Source: an uncultured Candidatus Melainabacteria bacterium (GTDB lineage Bacteria > Cyanobacteriota > Vampirovibrionia > Gastranaerophilales > Gastranaerophilaceae). From it: a stretch of DNA of 64,000 bases. The notes beneath the pieces are model-generated. The model saw only the letters and a list, made by a program, of their open reading frames with translations, did not search any database and was not told the origin of the DNA. Location of the stretch: contig CANNUY010000001.1 in NCBI GenBank assembly GCA_947525005.1, positions 321,379 through 385,378 on the forward strand. The letters are read 5' to 3'. The position numbers and the translations under genes are program-made. Position 1 is the first letter of the stretch. Each line of letters opens with the position of its first letter. Positions 1 through 7,054 of this stretch are shown here, piece by piece.

Positions 1-1689
1 GATGGTGTTACTGCATTTGCGTTAAAACCTTTTATGGATTATGTTGTTGGTCAGCATGATTGGATATTTCATCTTTTTGGAAGGGAATATTCTGTATCAT
101 ATATGACACTTGCTGCGATTATTCCGTTTGGAGTTGTTTTGTTCGCTGCGTTCCAAGGCATAATGAGGTATTTAAATGATTATATCTCTGCTTGGACAAG
201 TCAAAAAATTACAAACGATGTAAAAATTGATTTATTTCACAAGCTTGTTTATATGAATCCTCAATTTTATGATGAAAATCCGTCAGGTATTGTTATTTCA
301 AGATATATGAATGATCCACAGACAGCATCAAGCGGGATTGTTGAAAAAATAAAAGTTTTTACAACAAGTCTTTTTGGTGCCGGTGGACTTATTGCTGTTA
401 TGTTATATAGTTCATGGAAACTTGCTATAATTGGTGTGTTAGTACTTTGTATAGCATTTATTCCTGTGGCTTTAATTAGAAAAAGAATTAAATCAGCTTC
501 TAATCAAAATATGGTTATTAGTGGTAATTTAACTACGGATATAAATGAAACATATAATGGCAATAAAGTAATTGCAGCATATCAGTTGCAAGAAAGACAA
601 GAAAAAGCTTTTAATACCCAAATTCATGAAAGTTTTCGTGTAAATATGTCATTAACAAAGCGTTCTGCGTGGATGAGTCCGATGATGTATACAATCGCAT
701 CTATGGGTATTGCAACTGTGTTAGGATATGGTACTCACCTTATTACTTCAGGTCAAATGACAGCTGGTTCGTTTGCATCTTTTGTAACGTCTTTGTTACT
801 TTTATACAAACCTGTTAAAACTCTTGGTAATACTCTTACTAGTATTCAAACTATTTTTGTTGCGATGGGTCGTGTTTTTGAATTGTTTGATTTAAACTCT
901 GATATTATTGAGGCTGAAGCACCAAAAACTCTTACCGAATTTAATTCAAATATTACATTTAAGAATGTTGATTTTGAATATATAAAAAATCAACCTGTTT
1001 TAAATAATATTAATTTGGTGGTAAACAAGAATGAAACAATAGCTGTAGTTGGTAATTCAGGTGGTGGTAAGTCTACTTTAGTAAATCTAATTCCAAGATT
1101 TTATGATGTTAAAAATGGTTCAATAACTATTGATGGAGTAGATATTAGAGAGCTTTCTATAAATTCTTTGAGAAACAATATTTCTATGGTATTTCAAGAT
1201 AATTTCTTATTTACCGGTACAATTAGAGAAAATATATTGATGGGTAATCCAAATGCAAGTGAAGAAGATTTGGTTCAGGCTATTGAATCTGCTCATTTGC
1301 AAGAAGTTATTGCAGAATTGCCTGATGGATTAGATACGTTGCTTGGAGAAAGAGGTTTGACACTTTCAGGTGGTCAAAGACAAAGAGTTGCGATTGCAAG
1401 AGCGATGATTAAGCATGCTCCTATCGTTATTCTTGATGAAGCTACAAGTGCATTGGATAATAAATCAGAAGCTGTTGTTCAAAAAGCGTTGGATAACTTG
1501 ATTCAAAACAAAACTGTTTTTGTAATTGCACATAGATTATCTACAATCCAAAATGCAGATAGAATTGCAGTTATAAATGAAGGTCATTTGGTGGAATTGG
1601 GTTCACATGATGAACTTATGGAAATTCCTCAAGGACAATATAGATTGCTTTATGAAATGCAGTTCAAACATCAAGAAGTTGGTGTTTAG
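1..1689 (+). CDS. ABC transporter ATP-binding/permease fusion, MsbA/lipid-export-like; 5-prime partial (frame is open from window position 1)
   Basis: The N-terminal part is predicted to be multi-transmembrane. The C-terminal part carries Walker A GNSGGGKST, the ABC signature LSGGQRQR and Walker B ILDEATSALD. The ORF continues upstream of the window. Confidence 0.9.
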   Translation, partial: DGVTAFALKPFMDYVVGQHDWIFHLFGREYSVSYMTLAAIIPFGVVLFAAFQGIMRYLNDYISAWTSQKITNDVKIDLFHKLVYMNPQFYDENPSGIVISRYMNDPQTASSGIVEKIKVFTTSLFGAGGLIAVMLYSSWKLAIIGVLVLCIAFIPVALIRKRIKSASNQNMVISGNLTTDINETYNGNKVIAAYQLQERQEKAFNTQIHESFRVNMSLTKRSAWMSPMMYTIASMGIATVLGYGTHLITSGQMTAGSFASFVTSLLLLYKPVKTLGNTLTSIQTIFVAMGRVFELFDLNSDIIEAEAPKTLTEFNSNITFKNVDFEYIKNQPVLNNINLVVNKNETIAVVGNSGGGKSTLVNLIPRFYDVKNGSITIDGVDIRELSINSLRNNISMVFQDNFLFTGTIRENILMGNPNASEEDLVQAIESAHLQEVIAELPDGLDTLLGERGLTLSGGQRQRVAIARAMIKHAPIVILDEATSALDNKSEAVVQKALDNLIQNKTVFVIAHRLSTIQNADRIAVINEGHLVELGSHDELMEIPQGQYRLLYEMQFKHQEVGV

Positions 1690-1710
1690 GAATTAAAATT
1701 AGAAATTGTT

Positions 1711-1746
1711 ATTCTTCGGGTACAAAAGTATCCGAAGAATTTTTAT
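1711..1746. terminator. Rho-independent terminator between the convergent ABC gene and the response regulator gene
   Basis: Stem ATTCTTCGG / CCGAAGAAT with loop gtacaaaagtat, followed by TTTTT. Confidence 0.6.
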
Positions 1747-1807
1747 GTACATATAATCATGCACGATACATTACGGATTAATATAAAATTCCTTCAAACA
1801 TAAACAT

Positions 1808-3070
1808 TTAATCAATAAGTTGCGTAACCCAACGTAAAAGGTTTGAAAGTTCATAAGGTTTTGGTAAATATAAATCAGCGCCTGTATTTAGGATAGCAGA
1901 TTTGTCGTGTATGTTTGACGTTGCGATGATTTTAGAATTTGCGTACATTGTTTTAAGGTTTTTGCATAGTTCAAGGTTGATTTTATTATCATCAATATCT
2001 ATTATGAACATATTGGGGATTACGTCTTGTGTTAATTCAGTTATAACATCATAACCTTGAAGTTCTAAGGTTGTTCTTAACAATAATTCAAGTGCTTCAT
2101 CGGGTTCTATGACAACGATTTTGTTGTTTGGGATTACTGTTGCAGAACCTTCTCCTGATAACTTTGGTCTATCTACGATGTAGTTTGATTTTGCTGGTCG
2201 TTTTGCGAGATACTTTATTCTACGCATTTGGTTAATTATGTGTTCTGGGTTGTTGAATTTGTTGTATTCACAGGTTATTACACTAATAAGAAGTGATAAA
2301 AACTCAATTCTACGTTCTGCTTCGTCATCACCTTGAAGTAGCATGTATCCTCGTGTGCTATCTTCTTGAGAATAAAACTTTGGTGCAACTGTATCAAAAG
2401 CAATTGCGAGATATGATGCTATTTTTTCAGCTATGGTTGAATTTGTGATTATCATAAACTCATTTTCTGATAGACGACTTAAGAAATCTGTGTCATTTAT
2501 TGACGATTTTATGATAGCGATAAGTGTTTGAACAACTTTGTCACCAGCAAAATCGGTGTATAGTTCAACATATTGTTTAAAGTTTTCTATATTAATAAGT
2601 AGAGTCGCCCAGTTTAAATCTTTGTTTGCAAGCACACGTTTTAGCGTTCTTGTGGTATATTTTTCGTTTGGTAAAAGAGTTTTTGTGTCGAGGTTTGTTT
2701 CTATCTCACGTCTTAGGTGTGCTTTTATCCTAAATTGAAACTCTTTTATGTTAACGGGTTCGCTAATATAGTCATCAGCACCTGCTGAAAGCACTTTTAT
2801 TTTGTCATCAGTGTTATCAGATTTTGATAGTGCAACAATGATTGGTCTTATGTTGTAAGTTAAGACACGTATTTTTTCACAAAAATCACTTAATTCTTCT
2901 GGAATGCTGTCTGATATTATTATTAAATCAGGTTCGTTTGTTTGAATGTGAGAGAGTGCATCTTTTATTGTGTACGCCACATTAACTGTTGTATTCTCAT
3001 CAGAAAGCGACTTTTTGTACTTTGTTGAAAGTACTTTTCTAATATCTATTATTAAGACGTTACACAGCAT
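1808..3070 (-). CDS. Response regulator with unusual architecture: N-terminal degenerate receiver, degenerate GGDEF-like domain, C-terminal canonical receiver
   Basis: The N-terminal REC-like segment (VLIIDI...DLIIISD...GADDYISEP) has the conserved Lys replaced by Glu. The central region aligns with a GGDEF fold (LLINIENFKQYVELYTDFAGDKVV ... SRLSENEFMII), but the GGDEF motif itself is replaced by SENEF. The C-terminal REC has the phospho-acceptor Asp (MFIIDID), Thr (IIATSN) and Lys (LYLPKPY). The gene overlaps the upstream kinase gene by 19 nt. Confidence 0.75.
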   Translation of the reverse strand: MLCNVLIIDIRKVLSTKYKKSLSDENTTVNVAYTIKDALSHIQTNEPDLIIISDSIPEELSDFCEKIRVLTYNIRPIIVALSKSDNTDDKIKVLSAGADDYISEPVNIKEFQFRIKAHLRREIETNLDTKTLLPNEKYTTRTLKRVLANKDLNWATLLINIENFKQYVELYTDFAGDKVVQTLIAIIKSSINDTDFLSRLSENEFMIITNSTIAEKIASYLAIAFDTVAPKFYSQEDSTRGYMLLQGDDEAERRIEFLSLLISVITCEYNKFNNPEHIINQMRRIKYLAKRPAKSNYIVDRPKLSGEGSATVIPNNKIVVIEPDEALELLLRTTLELQGYDVITELTQDVIPNMFIIDIDDNKINLELCKNLKTMYANSKIIATSNIHDKSAILNTGADLYLPKPYELSNLLRWVTQLID

Positions 3071-3798
3071 TTAACTTGCTCCTCAATATTATAGATAGGA
3101 AATGTTATTTTGAATTCTGTACCATTTTCAAGGTTTTTGAATGAAATAGAGCCATTCATTTTTTCAACGAGAGTTTTTGTTATGTATAGACCTAATCCAC
3201 TACCTTGAACCTTTCGTGTTAGGGGGTTATCTATACGTGCAAATTTTTCAAATATTTTTTCTGCATATTTTGTATCAATACCTGTTCCTTGATCACGGAT
3301 TAAGATAGTTATGTTGTTGTATTCTTCTTTTGTAGAGATGAAAACGGTTGTATTTTCTTCTGAATATTTGCAGGCATTTTCTATTACGTTTAGAAAAATT
3401 TGTTGTAATCTATCGACATCTGTTGCGATTGGTGAAATATTTTTTTTAAAATTTGTTTCAAATTTGTGGGTTGAGTATTTTTGTTTAACTAATTGAATGA
3501 CATTTGATAGGATTGGATTAACATCAGTTTTTTTGAGTATAAGTTTTTCATCTTGCATTTTTGTAACTGATAGTATATTTTCTACAAGATGGATTAAACG
3601 GTTTGATTGTTGCTCAATTATTTCAAGAAATCTTTTTTTTGAGGTGTCGTCGAGTTTATCCCAAGATGTGAGCATGGTTTGAGCGAACCCTCTAATACTT
3701 GTAAGAGGAGTTCTTAATTCATGTGAAACGGTTGATATAAAGTCATCTTGCTTAGTCATACTTTGATTATAACACGTGATAAAAAACTTACTAGACAT
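3052..3798 (-). CDS. Sensor-less cytoplasmic histidine kinase (HisKA plus HATPase_c only)
   Basis: The H-box FISTVSHELRTPLTSIRGF sits within ~30 aa of the N-terminus. The N, G1 and G2 boxes are present (IRDQGTGID, GSGLGLYITK). There is no TM helix or sensor domain. The gene is translationally coupled to the downstream response regulator. Confidence 0.85.
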   Translation of the reverse strand: MSSKFFITCYNQSMTKQDDFISTVSHELRTPLTSIRGFAQTMLTSWDKLDDTSKKRFLEIIEQQSNRLIHLVENILSVTKMQDEKLILKKTDVNPILSNVIQLVKQKYSTHKFETNFKKNISPIATDVDRLQQIFLNVIENACKYSEENTTVFISTKEEYNNITILIRDQGTGIDTKYAEKIFEKFARIDNPLTRKVQGSGLGLYITKTLVEKMNGSISFKNLENGTEFKITFPIYNIEEQVKCCVTS

Positions 3799-3895
3799 TT
3801 TTTTATGTTTGTAATATTATGGTTCTGTAGAGAGTAGATAGTGAGTATACTGATTTACTTTTTACAGATTGAAAATTAAATATAAAATGCAATAA

Positions 3896-3984
3896 GCCCT
3901 TGTGGCAAGGACTCCACGAGAACGATTAAGTATCGTTCGAGAAGGAGGGGAGAGTAGACGCCGCGTCTAGCGAGTCCGCTTTCC
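3896..3984 (+). ncRNA. Candidate structured RNA / pseudo-tRNA, unit 1
   Basis: Starts with the tRNA-Leu 5-prime acceptor sequence. It has three hairpins: GTGG-caaggact-CCAC, GAACGAT-taagt-ATCGTTC (TAA-containing loop like the anticodon loop), and TAGACGC-cg-GCGTCTA (a palindromised D-arm segment GTAGACGC). Confidence 0.35.
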
Positions 3985-4018
3985 AAAATAATTGAAAATT
4001 AAATAAAAAATGCAATAA

Positions 4019-4117
4019 GCCCTTGTGGCACTCTGCCGACGAGAAGGTGACTAAATGTCACGTTCGAGGAGAGGGGAGGTAGACTTGTCTACCGATTCCA
4101 CTAAGGCAGTAAGCATG
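4019..4117 (+). ncRNA. Candidate structured RNA / pseudo-tRNA, unit 2
   Basis: Same layout as unit 1 with covarying stems: GGTGAC-taaat-GTCAC and GGTAGAC-tt-GTCTACCGATTCC. The latter contains a perfect inverted copy of the tRNA D-loop segment GGAATCGGTAGAC. The ends close with CCTTGTGG / CCAC-t-AAGG. Confidence 0.35.
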
Positions 4118-4152
4118 TAAAAACTTTGAAAATTAAATAAAAAATGCTATAA

Positions 4153-4239
4153 GCCCTTGTGGCGGAATCGGTAGACGCGTTGGACTTAAAATCCAATCGG
4201 GGTTCACCCTCGGTGCCAGTTCAAGTCTGGCCAAGGGCA
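4153..4239 (+). tRNA. tRNA-Leu, anticodon UAA, type II with long variable arm
   Basis: Folded by hand. Acceptor GCCCTTG/CAAGGGC, 3-bp D-stem with an 11-nt D-loop containing GG, anticodon stem TTGGA/TCCAA with loop CTTAAAA (U33, anticodon TAA), ~16-nt variable arm, T-stem GCCAG/CTGGC with loop TTCAAGT, discriminator A. No encoded CCA. Confidence 0.93.
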
Positions 4240-4247
4240 TTTTTAAA

Positions 4248-4276
4248 AAGACTCACAGTATGTGGGTCTTTTTTTG
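4248..4276 (+). terminator. Rho-independent terminator after tRNA-Leu
   Basis: Hairpin AAGACTCACA-gtat-GTGGGTCTT (one wobble) followed by a T7 run. Confidence 0.5.
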
Positions 4277-4288
4277 TTGAGAATATAG

Positions 4289-4525
4289 TTTATTAAGGTT
4301 GATGATGATAAAGATGTCGGTGTAAATATAGATAATGTCGGTGTAAAAACAAAAGATAAAGTTTTAGCGTTAATAAAAGATAATAATAGAATAACTATGA
4401 ATGAATTGGCTAGCCAGTTAGAAAAGAATCCTAGAACTATCGAACGAATTATTGAAAAGTTGAAGCAAAATAATAAGATAAAACGTGTTGGCTCTGATAA
4501 AACTGGTACTTGGGAAATTGTCTAA
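4289..4525 (+). pseudogene. C-terminal winged-HTH remnant of an AlbA_2 / RecG-C-terminal-like 'ATP-dependent DNA helicase' type regulator; only ~78 codons open, and the single in-frame ATG is at 4397
   Basis: The translation ...KVLALIKDNNRITMNELASQLEKNPRTIERIIEKLKQNNKIKRVGSDKTGTWEIV* matches the characteristic C-terminal HTH tail (…IERxGSDKTGxWxI) of that family. The upstream reading frame is closed by a stop at 4286. Confidence 0.45.
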
Positions 4526-4635
4526 GTTATATGAATCAAGATTTTGAGTGATTTTCGTGTAAAAAAGTGTAACGTAAGGTTGATTTATATGGCTAAAATT
4601 CAAATATTATGTATAAATTAATAATATAATATCTT

Positions 4636-5538
4636 TTAAACAATTTCTTTAAATATTTCTATAAATCGTGTTGCAGGTTTGATTAAGAACTTGTCTTGTT
4701 TATAAAATACTGATAAATCTCTTTCATAATCAATATTTTTTATTTTCTTGAAGCTAATATTTTTCTGTTTGGGTAAAAATTTCATATAGAGTTCTGGTAA
4801 AATTGAAACTCCTAATCCCTCTCTAATCATTGAATAAACTGTTTCTGCGTTATGACATTCAATGTTTGAATGTATTTCAATTCCTTTTTCTGAACATAAT
4901 TTTCTTATCAAATGTCCTAAAGTCAAAGATTCTTCAAATAATATAAAATTTTTATCTTTAAAAATCTCTAGGTGGATTTCGTCTTCGTTGCAATTTATTC
5001 CCCATATAGTTGGAAAAACAAGATAAATCCCTTCATTATAAATATGTGTTTTAACATAATTTTTTGAGTTTGGACTTTCTGTTCCGATAAATAAATCTAT
5101 TTTATCTTCTTCAATCATTTTCTTAAGAACATTTGTTGGGTATTCTTCAATAACAATACTGAAATTCGGAAATTCATTCTGTAAATTTTTCAATATTTTA
5201 GGAATGAAATAATAACATCTATGCGACGGAACACCTACTCTCAAGTGTGATTTCGACTCATTTGTGATATCAGATATCTGAACTTTAGTGTTCTCTATAT
5301 CCTTTAAAATATTCTTTGCTTTTTTAACAAAAATTTCACCTGAATACGTTAGTTTTAATGGGTTTCGTTCAAATAGTTCTGTCGCTAATTCTTCTTCTAA
5401 AAGTTTTATACTTTTGCTCAATGATGGTTGGGAGATAAACAGTTTTCTAGCTGCTTTTGTGAAACTTTTTTCTTCTGCTAAAACAATAACATATTTCATT
5501 TGATTAATATTCATAAAAATATTATACCTAAAAAACAT
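4636..5538 (-). CDS. LysR-family transcriptional regulator, divergent from the RND operon; start may be 5514 or 5499
   Basis: N-terminal HTH: MKYVIVLAEEKSFTKAARKLFISQPSLSKSIKLLEEEL. ~300 aa with a LysR substrate-binding fold. Confidence 0.9.
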   Translation of the reverse strand: MFFRYNIFMNINQMKYVIVLAEEKSFTKAARKLFISQPSLSKSIKLLEEELATELFERNPLKLTYSGEIFVKKAKNILKDIENTKVQISDITNESKSHLRVGVPSHRCYYFIPKILKNLQNEFPNFSIVIEEYPTNVLKKMIEEDKIDLFIGTESPNSKNYVKTHIYNEGIYLVFPTIWGINCNEDEIHLEIFKDKNFILFEESLTLGHLIRKLCSEKGIEIHSNIECHNAETVYSMIREGLGVSILPELYMKFLPKQKNISFKKIKNIDYERDLSVFYKQDKFLIKPATRFIEIFKEIV

Positions 5539-5567
5539 AATAAAAATAATAAATTATAGTTTAAAGT

Positions 5568-5580
5568 TATAATTTTTATA
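5568..5580. promoter_or_regulatory. LysR-type T-N11-A-like palindrome TATAA-ttt-TTATA in the divergent lysR/OMF intergenic region
   Basis: Perfect 5-3-5 inverted repeat. The genome is AT-rich, so a chance occurrence is plausible. Confidence 0.25.
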
Positions 5581-5645
5581 AATATTAACAATTATACATT
5601 TAAATATAATTATTTTATAATTTAAAATGGTAGTAGGATTTAGAG

Positions 5646-7052
5646 ATGAAGAAGTTTATAGCACTATTTATAACATTAGGAATGGCTTTGCAGTCAACAG
5701 CTTTTGCAATTCAAGAGCCAACTACGACCTCTGTAAAAAAGATTAAAGTATCTAAAACCAAAGAAAATAAACCACGTAAGGCTAAAAAAGACCAAGTTAA
5801 ACAATATACCTTGCCTGCATATTGGTCAAATTATAATGACGAATATTTAGATAAATATATTGATGAAGCATTGACAAATAATTTTGATTTGAAAATTGCA
5901 AAATCAAGAATAAAGCAATCAGAAGCAATCTTAGGAACAATAAACGCTCAAAGATTACCTCAATTAAGCATAAATCCTAGTGTTTATCCTTATAAATCGA
6001 TGTCAAAATTTACAGGTAATTTTTCAAGTCACAACCATTTGTATTTTCCATTATTATTGAACTGGGAATTAGATATATTTGGAAAGTTGTCCGATAAAGT
6101 TAAATCTTCAAGATATCAAGTTAAAATCTCGGAAGAAAATTTGAATATCGCAAAACTTGCTATAACTTCTGAAATTATGGCATCATATTTTAACATTATA
6201 TTGTCAGATTGTTTAATTAGAAACTACCAAGAAATAATCACAAATCTTGATGAAACAATAAAACTAAAACGTCAGTTGTATGAAGGTGGAATTATTCCTT
6301 ATGATAACTTATATACTACAGAATATGAAGTTGTTGTTCAAAGAAATACTCTAAATTCATTGTTGAAACAACGTGAAATTTTATTGCATCAATTTGCTGT
6401 ATTAAGAGGACTTTCACCAGAAAGTGAGTCTGATATAAAAAGAAGAAATATCAATGAATTAACTTTACCTTTTGAAGAAAAAAAGAGTGTTAATTCTGAT
6501 TTAATTTTCAATAGACCAGATGTTGTTCAATCAGAATTAGAGCTTAAAAAAGCTGCTATTGATGTTCGAGTTGCAAGAAAAACATTTTTACCGTCAGTTA
6601 ATCTAAATGAGATGATAGGGTTTGAAAATATTCGTGGTGGTAGAATATTTAATTGGGAAAGCACTGTTTATCAATTAGGTGCAGGATTATTGTTTGATTT
6701 GTATACAGGTGGTTATAAGATGTCATATTTAAGATACAATAAAGAACTTGCAAAAGAAAAATTGTATCATTATAACAATGTATTATTAAATGCTTTTTGT
6801 GAAATAGAAAATAATTTATCAAGCTTTAAAACAGATTATAATTCTTATGTAGAATTCAATAAAGCAACCGAAAAATCTGAACATTATCACGATGTTGCAA
6901 TGATTAGATATAATAACGGTATTGGTAACAAAATTGATGCACTTGATGCAAGACGTCAAGTGTTGAACAATTTGAATTCAATGTATGGAGCAAAAGTTAG
7001 TACGTTAGTGGATAGTGTTAATATTTATAAATCATTGGGAGGTTCTTTATAA
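5646..7052 (+). CDS. TolC-like outer membrane efflux factor (OMF) with signal peptide
   Basis: Signal peptide MKKFIALFITLGMALQSTAFA. 468 aa with the coiled-coil/beta-barrel repeat pattern typical of the OEP family. It is the first gene of the efflux operon. Confidence 0.85.
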   Translation: MKKFIALFITLGMALQSTAFAIQEPTTTSVKKIKVSKTKENKPRKAKKDQVKQYTLPAYWSNYNDEYLDKYIDEALTNNFDLKIAKSRIKQSEAILGTINAQRLPQLSINPSVYPYKSMSKFTGNFSSHNHLYFPLLLNWELDIFGKLSDKVKSSRYQVKISEENLNIAKLAITSEIMASYFNIILSDCLIRNYQEIITNLDETIKLKRQLYEGGIIPYDNLYTTEYEVVVQRNTLNSLLKQREILLHQFAVLRGLSPESESDIKRRNINELTLPFEEKKSVNSDLIFNRPDVVQSELELKKAAIDVRVARKTFLPSVNLNEMIGFENIRGGRIFNWESTVYQLGAGLLFDLYTGGYKMSYLRYNKELAKEKLYHYNNVLLNAFCEIENNLSSFKTDYNSYVEFNKATEKSEHYHDVAMIRYNNGIGNKIDALDARRQVLNNLNSMYGAKVSTLVDSVNIYKSLGGSL

Positions 7053-7054
7053 AT

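Larger units (their letters stand above)
3869..4152 (+). repeat. Three direct copies of a 38-bp module (ttgaaaattaaata[t/a]aaaatgc[a/t]ataagcccttgtggc) at 3869, 3992 and 4126. The first two are each followed by a ~90-100 nt tRNA-Leu-derived structured element; the third is followed by the intact tRNA-Leu.
   Basis: Seen directly in the sequence. The units are 123 and 134 bp long. The 3-prime 11 nt of the module equal the first 11 nt of the tRNA (GCCCTTGTGGC). Confidence 0.65.

Noticed and set aside
2538-3682. Short plus-strand ORFs 2538..2738, 3311..3496 and 3497..3682
   Set aside because: They are entirely antisense within the well-supported kinase and response-regulator genes.
3869-4152. 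CRISPR array, or a simple promoter-triplication interpretation of the 38-bp repeats
   Set aside because: There are only three copies. The 'spacers' are structured, mutually homologous and tRNA-derived rather than unique. The TTGAAA...TATAAG hexamers would place a -10 element flush against the mature tRNA 5-prime end, so a straightforward promoter reading does not fit. No cas genes are present.
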